Positions 24,296-31,671 of a DNA stretch of 31,671 nucleotides are shown piece by piece (positions within the stretch are counted from its first letter, which is position 1; each line of letters opens with the position of its first letter). The notes under the pieces are model-generated. The model did no database searches, was not told where the DNA came from, and worked only from the letters and a program-made list of their open reading frames with translations. Source of the stretch: a virus (taxonomy: Duplodnaviria > Caudoviricetes); the IMG/VR virus record IMGVR_UViG_3300025103_000093, positions 1 to 31,671 of that record; one strand, 5' to 3'. Position numbers and translations under genes: made by a program.

Positions 24296-24672
24296 GTAAT
24301 AAACCTCTAAACATATCAGAATCGGCTGCTGTGCAAATGCCGATGAAGACGGTTGCTAGCCTGATCGTGCTAGTTGCAATGGGTGTATTCGCATATACAG
24401 AAGTGACTGCAAGGTTGACCAGTCTGGAGACTTCAAGAGAACTATTTAATGCTGATTTATTAAAAAAATCTGAGCAGAAACCAACAGATCAAGAACAGTT
24501 TATGTTAATAGAAGCGTTGTATGGTGACGTTGAAAAACTAACTGTAACTCAAGAACAAAATATGACTAACAAGGTTAATATAGAATTTTTAAAAACACAA
24601 TTAGAAAAAGCATTAGATGATGTTGAACAATTAAAAGATAAGGTAAGAGCAAATGGAAACGGTCATCAGTAG
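24292..24672 (+). CDS. N-terminal TM plus coiled-coil protein (lysis accessory / i-spanin-like candidate)
   Basis: VASLIVLVAMGVFAY TM followed by heptads; upstream of the endolysin. Confidence 0.7.
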   Translation: MSNKPLNISESAAVQMPMKTVASLIVLVAMGVFAYTEVTARLTSLETSRELFNADLLKKSEQKPTDQEQFMLIEALYGDVEKLTVTQEQNMTNKVNIEFLKTQLEKALDDVEQLKDKVRANGNGHQ

Positions 24673-24880
24673 CGTTGTTGCACTTTGTATGTTTATAGCA
24701 GGAGAACTTACAGAACATAGAATACAGCCTGCGATGTCAGATTGTTTAAAAGGAAAACGTGTTGCAGAACGTACTGCAAATGATAATATTGAATATAAAT
24801 GTGGAAAAGTAAAAGTTGAACTTGAAGAAAATATAGACGGATCTAAAACAATTAAAAAAATAATAGATGAATCTAAGTAG
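24653..24880 (+). CDS. small Cys-containing exported protein
   Basis: hydrophobic N-terminus with ALC; further Cys at SDCLK and YKCGK; overlaps both neighbours. Confidence 0.7.
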   Translation: METVISSVVALCMFIAGELTEHRIQPAMSDCLKGKRVAERTANDNIEYKCGKVKVELEENIDGSKTIKKIIDESK

Positions 24881-25343
24881 AAATTTTACCCTTTTAGAAT
24901 TAATTAAATCGGACACAGCTGTTCGTAAGGGTATTAATAATAATCCAAATGCAGGTCAAATAGAAAAATTAAAAGCATTATGTGAAAATATACTGCAACC
25001 GGTACGAGATCATTTTGGAAGAGTTAAAGTGACTAGCGGATTCCGCTCAGAAGATTTGTGTCTTGCTATAGGATCAAGTCGAAATAGCCAACATGCAAAA
25101 GCTGAGGCCTGTGATTTCGAATGTGTAGGAGTTGACAATGCTGAGGTAGCTGATTGGGTTAAAAAAAACCTTGAGACAGATCAATTGATCCTCGAGTACT
25201 ATACGCCTGGCGAACCTAATTCAGGATGGATCCACGCAAGTTGGGTTCCTGAAAACAGAAGAGCACAATATCTTCTTGCTTACAGACAAGAAGGAAAAAC
25301 AAAGTATAAACCTATTATAGGTAAAGCGAAGGATATATTATAA
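24867..25343 (+). CDS. endolysin, peptidase M15A family
   Basis: LSRNFTLLEL, LQPVRDHFG, VTSGFRS, SQH...ACDF, WIHAS (Zn ligands H, D, H). Confidence 0.92.
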   Translation: MNLSRNFTLLELIKSDTAVRKGINNNPNAGQIEKLKALCENILQPVRDHFGRVKVTSGFRSEDLCLAIGSSRNSQHAKAEACDFECVGVDNAEVADWVKKNLETDQLILEYYTPGEPNSGWIHASWVPENRRAQYLLAYRQEGKTKYKPIIGKAKDIL

Positions 25344-25474
25344 TGGCAATAGGACGAGGACAAATAACTGCTCAAATAGATGGCAAGCTTAGAGGTGCAA
25401 GAGGTGAAAAAAAGAAAAAACTACAAGTTAAAAACAAACTTAATCGCAAAAAACCTAAGGTCTTCAAAGTTTAG
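25343..25474 (+). CDS. 43-aa basic microprotein MAIGRGQITAQIDGKLRGARGEKKKK...
   Basis: TAATG coupling; SD AAGGA upstream; N-terminus resembles that of the MCP. Confidence 0.6.
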   Translation: MAIGRGQITAQIDGKLRGARGEKKKKLQVKNKLNRKKPKVFKV

Positions 25475-25547
25475 TCAAAAAGTGATACAATCCAAGAAAT
25501 TGTACAACCGTAAAAAGGATAATAATGGCTACGTCAGGGACAACTAG
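25404..25547 (+). CDS. 47-aa basic ArfA-like microprotein (GTG start)
   Basis: SD GAGGTG at 25392-25397; NLIAKNLRSSKFSQKVIQSKKLYNRKK. Confidence 0.6.
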   Translation: MKKRKNYKLKTNLIAKNLRSSKFSQKVIQSKKLYNRKKDNNGYVRDN

Positions 25548-26220
25548 TTTTAATTTAAACATTGATGAAATTATAGATGAAGGTTACGAAAGATGTGGTT
25601 TAAGCACTACTTCTGGTTATGATCTAAAATCAGCAAGAAGAAGTTTAGATTTATTATTCGCGGAATGGGGAAATAGAGGTATTCATTTATGGAAAGTAGC
25701 TCTTCATGAAAATGCATTAGTAAGTGGGCAAGCAGCTTACGCAGTTGACTCAGATGTTAGTGATGTACTTGAAGCTTTTGTATCTACTACAGCAGCAGCA
25801 GCAGATAGTGTTAACACTCAGGATGTTGCATTAACTAAAATTGACAGATCTGCTTATTCTGCTCTACCTAATAAACTTGCATTAGGCCAACCTTCTCAAT
25901 ATTACGTTGATAGAGTAAAAATTCCAAAAATTTATTTATACCAAGCACCTAATTTAAATACTTACACAACTTTAAAATACTATGTAATAAAAAGAATAGA
26001 AGATTCTGGAGCATATACTAATGATGGAGATGTTGTTTACAGATTCCTACCTTGTATGTGTGCAGGTTTAGCTTATTATCTTGCAATGAAAAAAGCACCA
26101 AACTTAGTTCAACAAAATAAATTAATTTATGAAGATCAATTAAAAAGAGCTCTTGATGAAGATGGTCAAAGAGCGTCTACTTATATTACACCTCAATCTT
26201 TTTACCCTAATGGAATATAA
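25525..26220 (+). CDS. head-tail adaptor / head completion protein
   Basis: MATSGT..FNL.IDEIIDEGYERCG...ARRSLDLLFAEWGNRGIHLW...GQPSQYY...RFLPCMCAGLAYYLA. Confidence 0.8.
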   Translation: MATSGTTSFNLNIDEIIDEGYERCGLSTTSGYDLKSARRSLDLLFAEWGNRGIHLWKVALHENALVSGQAAYAVDSDVSDVLEAFVSTTAAAADSVNTQDVALTKIDRSAYSALPNKLALGQPSQYYVDRVKIPKIYLYQAPNLNTYTTLKYYVIKRIEDSGAYTNDGDVVYRFLPCMCAGLAYYLAMKKAPNLVQQNKLIYEDQLKRALDEDGQRASTYITPQSFYPNGI

Positions 26221-26222
26221 CT

Positions 26223-26663
26223 ATGGCTAAATGGGCAACAGGAAAAAGAAGTCAGGCAATATCAGACAGATCTGGTATGGCTTTTCCATATAATGAAATG
26301 GTTAAAGAATGGAATGGTTCATTAGTACATTACAGTGAGTTTGAACCTAAAAGTCCACAAATAAGAAGAAGACACTTTACGGCTGATGCTATTGCTTTGC
26401 AAAACACAAGACCTCAAAAATTTCAACAACCAATTCAACCTTTTACAAGTGATGTTACGGTAACAAGCTCAGGAGGAACAATGGTGGGTGTAGCAAATCT
26501 AACCCTGCCTGGTAATTTTGCTTTTATTACAGCCCAACCTGCAGATGTTTTAACAAGTGCCGGTGTTGTAATAAGCACTATGAAACCGGCTGATCCTTCT
26601 TTACAAAATAGAAGAAGAAAATTAATTATGACAACAGGTGAAATAACAGTGAGTATTACATAA
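26223..26663 (+). CDS. conserved neck-module protein
   Basis: ATGKRSQAISDRSGMAFPY.EM.KEWNGSLVH..EFEPK. Confidence 0.8.
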   Translation: MAKWATGKRSQAISDRSGMAFPYNEMVKEWNGSLVHYSEFEPKSPQIRRRHFTADAIALQNTRPQKFQQPIQPFTSDVTVTSSGGTMVGVANLTLPGNFAFITAQPADVLTSAGVVISTMKPADPSLQNRRRKLIMTTGEITVSIT

Positions 26664-27331
26664 TGGCTATAACTTATTCTGATTTTTTAACACAGGTTCG
26701 AAACTATACTGAAGTTGATTCAAACGTATTAACAGATACTATTATTGGACAATTTATTAGAAATGTAGAACTTAATATTGCAGGAGCTGTAGACTACGAT
26801 GATACAAGAAAATATGCAACCTCTTCATTTACTGCTAACAAGAGATATTTAGTTACTCCTGCTGATTTTTTAATTATTAGATCTCTACAAGTATTTAGTA
26901 CTACTGATCAATCTGGAGACAGATCTTTTATGGAAAAAAGAGATACTAGCTTTATTACAGAATTTAATGGAAGTGGAGCTACTGGATTACCAAGATTTTA
27001 TGCTAATTGGGATGAGTCTACTATTGTTGTAGCTCCAACACCTAACATAGCTTATGCAGTGCAACTAAATTATATAATTACTCCACCTAGTTTTACCTCT
27101 TCTAATAATACTTATTTGTCAGAATACCAACAAGGCTTACTTTTAGATGGCGTGTTAACAGAAGCTTTTGCTTTTCTTAAAGGACCTATGGATATGTACA
27201 ACTTATATAAAAGTAAGTATAATGAAAGCATACAGAATTTTGCTCTTCAACAAATGGGGAGAAGAAGACGTGCAGAATACGATGATGGTGTGCCACGAAT
27301 AAAAGTGCCTTCACCGTCACCAAACAGTTAA
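26663..27331 (+). CDS. second adaptor / tail tubular-like protein
   Basis: TYSDFLTQVRNY, PADFL..RSLQ, GLPRFYA, VAPTP, LLLDGVLTEA..FLKG. Confidence 0.8.
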   Translation: MAITYSDFLTQVRNYTEVDSNVLTDTIIGQFIRNVELNIAGAVDYDDTRKYATSSFTANKRYLVTPADFLIIRSLQVFSTTDQSGDRSFMEKRDTSFITEFNGSGATGLPRFYANWDESTIVVAPTPNIAYAVQLNYIITPPSFTSSNNTYLSEYQQGLLLDGVLTEAFAFLKGPMDMYNLYKSKYNESIQNFALQQMGRRRRAEYDDGVPRIKVPSPSPNS

Positions 27332-27348
27332 ATTAAAAGGAGGCCAAC

Positions 27349-27810
27349 ATGGCAATAACAACTAACGCAATTTGTAATTCATTTAAAAAAGAATTACTAC
27401 AAGGAAGTCACGATTTTGATGCATCAACAGATACATACAAATTAGCAATGTACACAAGTTCAGCAACTTTAGGAAAATCAACAGAAAATTATTCAACTAA
27501 TCCAGGTGGTGGATCTAATACTGAAGTCACTTCATCAGGATATGTAGCAGGTGGTAAAGCACTTGTTAATCAAGGTGTAAAAGTATCTTCTTCAATAGCA
27601 ATTACTGATTTTGCTGATTTATCTTTTGTTGGTGTAACATTAACAGCTAGAGGGGCTTTAATTTACAATACAACAACTAACGGTGGTTCAGGTACTACGG
27701 ACGCTGTTTGTGTCTTAGATTTTGGTGGAGACAAAACTGCAACTGCAGGAACATTTACAATTCAGTTCCCTGCATTTACAACATCTGCTGCAATATTAAG
27801 ATTAACGTAA
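27349..27810 (+). CDS. virion structural (tail) protein
   Basis: AICNSFKKELL.G.HDF, KLAMYT, GYVAGG, TARGALIYN, LDFGGDKT. Confidence 0.8.
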   Translation: MAITTNAICNSFKKELLQGSHDFDASTDTYKLAMYTSSATLGKSTENYSTNPGGGSNTEVTSSGYVAGGKALVNQGVKVSSSIAITDFADLSFVGVTLTARGALIYNTTTNGGSGTTDAVCVLDFGGDKTATAGTFTIQFPAFTTSAAILRLT

Positions 27811-27822
27811 GGAGAGGTTTCG

Positions 27823-28281
27823 ATGGCACTTGTCATTAACGATAGAGTTAAAGAGACAAGCACTACCTCGGGAACGGGAACGTTGAACCTTGCTGGTGCT
27901 TCACAGGATTTTATTACTTTTGTAGCTGGAGTTGGTACAACTAATACTACGTATTATTGTATTGCAGAAACAGGTACAGATAAGTTTGAAGTTGGTATTG
28001 GTACAGTTACCGATGCTTCTCCAGATACTTTATCAAGAGACACAGTGATAAGTAATTCATCAGGAAACACTTCTAAGATTGATTTTGGTTCAAATGAGAA
28101 AGAAGTTTTTTGTACTGTCCCTGCTAAAAAAGCAATGTCACCTGTTATGCAAGCAACAGGTTATGTTGTGACTCATGCATCTACTTTAGATGAAGTTCAA
28201 ACTATGGACTCAGGTGTATTAGCAGGTCCAATAACAATTACAGGAACAATAACAGCAACAGGTACATTGGTAATTATTTAA
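27823..28281 (+). CDS. tail / fibre-attachment structural protein
   Basis: DRVKETSTTSGTG, EVGIGT, TLSRDTV..SS, VFCTVPA; C-terminal AGPITI. Confidence 0.8.
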   Translation: MALVINDRVKETSTTSGTGTLNLAGASQDFITFVAGVGTTNTTYYCIAETGTDKFEVGIGTVTDASPDTLSRDTVISNSSGNTSKIDFGSNEKEVFCTVPAKKAMSPVMQATGYVVTHASTLDEVQTMDSGVLAGPITITGTITATGTLVII

Positions 28282-29738
28282 TGAGTAAAATAGAAGTAAA
28301 TGAAATAGATGCACAATCAGGCAGTACAATTACTGTAGGATCAGCATGTAAATCAGTTGCAGTTCCAGGTAATGTTGTAAAAACAAATGCTATACAAGCA
28401 TCTGACGCTGGAAATATTATAAGCCAAAGTGGTACAACAATAACTTTAGGTGCAAGTGGCGATACTATTGCCTTATCTGCAGGTGCTTCTCAAACAGGTT
28501 TTGGGAGAACAGGAACTGTTGACTGGAATACAACTCCAAAGACGGCAACTTTTTCTGCTGTGTCTGGAGACGGATTTTTTTGTAATACAACAGGTGGTGC
28601 TTTTACTTGTAATTTACCAGCAGGTTCTGCTGGAGCAATAGTTTCACTTGCAGATTATGCAGGAACTTGGCAAACACATAGTTTAACAGTAGCAGCAAAT
28701 GGAACTGAAAAAATAGGTGGAATAGCATCGGCACCTATAGCTTTAAACACAGAAGGTCAATCAGTTACATTTGTATATGTTGATTCAACACAAGGTTGGA
28801 TAAATGTTCAAGATTCAACTTCTAACGAAAGAGGAAGTCCTTTTGTTAGTGCAAGTGGTGGGACAGAAACAACATCAGGAAATTTTAAAATTCATACATT
28901 TACAGGACCTGGAACATTTACAGTTTCTTCTGCGGGAGCACCTAGTGGATCTACAACTGTTGATTATTTAGTCATAGCAGGTGGAGCTGGTGGAGCTTCC
29001 GGTTACGGTGGCGGTGGAGGAGGAGCAGGTGGTTATAGAGAATCTTCTGGTGCTGCTTCAGGTTGTTATTCAAGATCACCGTTAGGTGCTTGTGTTGCAG
29101 CTTTGCCTGTTTCAGTACAAGGATATCCAATTACAGTGGGAGCAGGAAGCGCAGGTGCAACTAGTATTCAACCAAGTTCAAATGGTTCTGATTCAACTTT
29201 TTCAACTATAACTTCTGCAGGTGGTGGATCTACAGGCTATAATAGTCCAGGTCAAGCAGCAAGATCAGGTGGTTCAGGTGGTGGTGGAACAGCAAGTAGT
29301 CCAAATTTAGGAGGAAATGGAAACACCCCTCCCGTTAGTCCACCTCAAGGTAATCCTGGAGGAACTGCATCAACTACTGGAAATCACGTTGGTTCTGGTG
29401 GTGGCGGAGCAAGTGCAGCAGGACAAGCAGGAACAAATACTGGTCCTGGAAAAGGTGGTGACGGAGGAGATGGACAAGCAACTTCAATTACAGGATCATC
29501 AGTTACAAGAGCAGGAGGAGGTGGTGGATCTAGAGAAAATTCTAATCAATCTCTTATAGGTTTAGGTGGAGCAGGTGGAGGTGGTAATGCAGGTATTAAA
29601 CCAGGTAGTGTTGGTCAAGCTGGATCAGCAAACACTGGAGGTGGTGGTGGAGCATCTGGAGGAGTTGATCCGGTACCTTTTAGTGATGGTGGTGCAGGTG
29701 GTTCAGGTATAGTGGTAATAAGGTATAGGTATCAATAA
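28281..29738 (+). CDS. glycine-rich tail fibre / receptor-binding protein 1
   Basis: VDWNTTPKTA, GGTETTSGNFKIHTFT, VDYLVIAGG, polyglycine tracts, GGSGIVVIRY. Confidence 0.85.
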   Translation: MSKIEVNEIDAQSGSTITVGSACKSVAVPGNVVKTNAIQASDAGNIISQSGTTITLGASGDTIALSAGASQTGFGRTGTVDWNTTPKTATFSAVSGDGFFCNTTGGAFTCNLPAGSAGAIVSLADYAGTWQTHSLTVAANGTEKIGGIASAPIALNTEGQSVTFVYVDSTQGWINVQDSTSNERGSPFVSASGGTETTSGNFKIHTFTGPGTFTVSSAGAPSGSTTVDYLVIAGGAGGASGYGGGGGGAGGYRESSGAASGCYSRSPLGACVAALPVSVQGYPITVGAGSAGATSIQPSSNGSDSTFSTITSAGGGSTGYNSPGQAARSGGSGGGGTASSPNLGGNGNTPPVSPPQGNPGGTASTTGNHVGSGGGGASAAGQAGTNTGPGKGGDGGDGQATSITGSSVTRAGGGGGSRENSNQSLIGLGGAGGGGNAGIKPGSVGQAGSANTGGGGGASGGVDPVPFSDGGAGGSGIVVIRYRYQ

Positions 29739-29740
29739 TT

Positions 29741-31492
29741 ATGACAAGTAAAATTAAAGTAGATAACATAGCAGACCAAGACGATAATAACATTATCAAC
29801 GAAAGTGGTGATGTAATTACAGTTGGTGCAGCTGGTGATACAGTTGCGGTTGCAGGAAACATCGTAAAATCAAATGCACTTCAAGCAAGTGATGGTGGAA
29901 ATATTGTAAGTCAGTCAGGCACTGCAATTACAATTGGTGCTTCAGGAGACACAATTTCTTTAGCAGCAGGTGCAACAAATGAATTAGGTGGAGGGGGTGT
30001 TGATTGGCAAACTACACCAAAAACAGCAAATTTTAACGCAAGTGCAGGTGAAGGATATTTTGTAGATACTTCTTCAAATACTGTCACGGTTACTTTACCA
30101 ACTGGAGTTATAGGTGAATCAGTAACTGTTTTAGATTATGTATCAAATGCAAATACAAAAGCTATTATTTTTGCTCCACAATCTGGAGAAAAAATTGAAG
30201 GTGGAACAGCAGGACAAGGGGTTACTGCAAACAGGCAAGCAACAACATTAACTTATTCAAGTTCTGCTCAAGGATGGCTAGTATCAAGTTCAGGAGATTC
30301 AGGGCCAATAGTAGCTCCAACAATTACTTTTACTACTGCTTCAGGATCTTTAGGTAGAATTGCAGGATCTTCACAGAGAGCAGACCCTAACGGAAATTTA
30401 AGCCCTGTAACAGGAACTGCTTCATTTGGTACAGTAACTTATTCAATACAATCAGGAAGTTTACCTGGAGGTCTTACACTCAACTCATCAACAGGTGCTT
30501 TTTCTGGAACGGCTACTGCGGTAGTAGGTGCTGACGTAACTTCAAACTTTACGGTTAGAATTACAATCACTGAAACAGGGACTACTTCTGATAGAGCTTT
30601 TGCCATAACAGTTGGTTCAGATGCTTTGTATATATCTGCATCTGGAGGATCGGAAGCAACAAGCGGAGATTATAAAATTCATACTTTTACAAGCCCCGGT
30701 ACTTTTACAGTAAGTTCAACAGGTAATTCATGTGGATCTAACGCAGTAGATTATTTAGTTGTGGCTGGAGGAGGAGGAGGTGGTGGTTGTCAAGGTGGCG
30801 GTGCAGGTGGTGCTGGAGGTTATAGAGAATCATGTGGTGTCGGATATACTTCAAGTCCAAGAGGTTCAGGAGTTTCACAAGTACCAGTAACAGCTCAAGG
30901 CTACCCTATTACTGTTGGTGGCGGTGGAGCTGGTAGTAGTCCTGCTGCTAGCCCAGGAAATCAAGGTTCAAATTCAAGTTTTTCATCTGTAACTTCTACA
31001 GGAGGTGGCTCAGGTGGTAGAGGTGGTGGTCCTCCTGGAAGTCAACCTGGTGGTGCTGGTGGCTCAGGTGGTAGCGGTGGTGGAAGATCCAACAGAGCTG
31101 GTGGTGCAGGAAATAGTCCATCAGTAAGTCCAGCACAAGGTTTTAATGGAGGTAATTCAAAATCATCTTCTAGTCCAGCTACAGACCATGGTGGAGGCGG
31201 TGGCGGAGCTACTGCAGTCGGAGCTAATTCACCTGGTAGTGCTGGTGGTGCAGGTGGCGCAGGAGCAACAAGTTCAATTAATGCTTCACCTGTTACAAGA
31301 GCAGGTGGTGGAGGCGGTGGATCTGAAAATAATAACGCTGGAGCTGGAGGTTCAGGAGGAGGTGGTGGATATAATTCCGCAGGTTCTGCAAACACCGGTG
31401 GTGGTGGAGCGGGTAGATCTGGGTCTGCTGTAGCTTCTGGTTTTGCTGGTGGTTCAGGAATTGTTATTATAAGATATAAATTTCAAAATTAG
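29741..31492 (+). CDS. glycine-rich tail fibre protein 2 with Ig-like insertion
   Basis: paralogous motifs; extra TYSIQSGSLPGGLTLNSSTGAFSGT domain. Confidence 0.85.
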   Translation: MTSKIKVDNIADQDDNNIINESGDVITVGAAGDTVAVAGNIVKSNALQASDGGNIVSQSGTAITIGASGDTISLAAGATNELGGGGVDWQTTPKTANFNASAGEGYFVDTSSNTVTVTLPTGVIGESVTVLDYVSNANTKAIIFAPQSGEKIEGGTAGQGVTANRQATTLTYSSSAQGWLVSSSGDSGPIVAPTITFTTASGSLGRIAGSSQRADPNGNLSPVTGTASFGTVTYSIQSGSLPGGLTLNSSTGAFSGTATAVVGADVTSNFTVRITITETGTTSDRAFAITVGSDALYISASGGSEATSGDYKIHTFTSPGTFTVSSTGNSCGSNAVDYLVVAGGGGGGGCQGGGAGGAGGYRESCGVGYTSSPRGSGVSQVPVTAQGYPITVGGGGAGSSPAASPGNQGSNSSFSSVTSTGGGSGGRGGGPPGSQPGGAGGSGGSGGGRSNRAGGAGNSPSVSPAQGFNGGNSKSSSSPATDHGGGGGGATAVGANSPGSAGGAGGAGATSSINASPVTRAGGGGGGSENNNAGAGGSGGGGGYNSAGSANTGGGGAGRSGSAVASGFAGGSGIVIIRYKFQN

Positions 31493-31497
31493 GTAAT

Positions 31498-31671
31498 ATG
31501 AGTGAAGTTAAAGTTAATAAAATTACACCAACAGCAAATTGTGGCACAGTCACACTTGGAGATAGCGGCGATACTGTAGCTATTCCAGCCGGTGTTACTT
31601 TAACAAGTGGTGGTGCTTTACAAAATTCAGGAACAATCACAAACACAGGAACAATTACAGGTGTTGCAATT
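31498..31671 (+). CDS. third fibre paralogue, 3'-partial (MSEVKVNKITP...TLGDSGDTVAIP)
   Basis: N-terminus matches SKIEVNEI/SKIKVDNI and TLGASGDT of the two upstream genes; frame open to the window end. Confidence 0.8.
   Translation, partial: MSEVKVNKITPTANCGTVTLGDSGDTVAIPAGVTLTSGGALQNSGTITNTGTITGVAI

Noticed and set aside
532-31433. other antisense or alternate-frame ORFs in the track (e.g. 532, 1589, 7284, 8785, 10123, 10504, 11331, 11786, 14674, 20368, 21316, 22965, 23498, 23765, 28450, 29317, 31042, 31146)
   Set aside because: shadows of well-supported genes; compositions reflect codon bias of the real frame
28281-31492. diversity-generating retroelement target
   Set aside because: no reverse transcriptase in the window; no adenine-specific TR/VR pair noticed; similarity is ordinary paralogy
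1-31671. tRNA, rRNA, integrase, IS transposase
   Set aside because: no cloverleaf/T-loop signature in intergenic gaps and no recombinase or transposase motifs recognised

Overview
The window is a 31.7-kb piece of an AT-rich dsDNA tailed-phage genome. Its gene set and order resemble marine short-tailed (podovirus-like) uvMED/pelagiphage-type phages; an alphaproteobacterial, possibly SAR11, host is inferred, not shown. From left to right it holds: the 3' end of a family-A DNA polymerase; small regulatory and hypothetical genes, including a ParB/Srx-fold protein and a ribbon-helix-helix-like protein; a repeat- and palindrome-rich non-coding block; the small terminase; a PD-(D/E)XK resolvase-like nuclease; and a visibly GC-richer, promoter-dense 'early-type' island carrying a strand-biased CTCGTT repeat array. 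After the island come the large terminase, basic putative internal head proteins, portal, a free-standing LAGLIDADG endonuclease, a holin-like gene, a methyltransferase, GroES, scaffold, capsid proteins, an M15 endolysin, head-tail adaptors and tandem glycine-rich fibre genes. I saw no tRNA, rRNA or CRISPR array. The most notable unexplained signals are: (i) the CTCGTT array; (ii) a recurring xxGG motif at module junctions of many basic proteins; (iii) a doubly pseudoknotted 5' leader downstream of the major capsid gene; (iv) a perfect Irr/ICE iron box on an early promoter; (v) an ArfA-like microprotein missed by the ORF track; and (vi) a 10-bp-phased ATCYYAT operator shared by several promoters. 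All family assignments come from motif recognition, not database searches.
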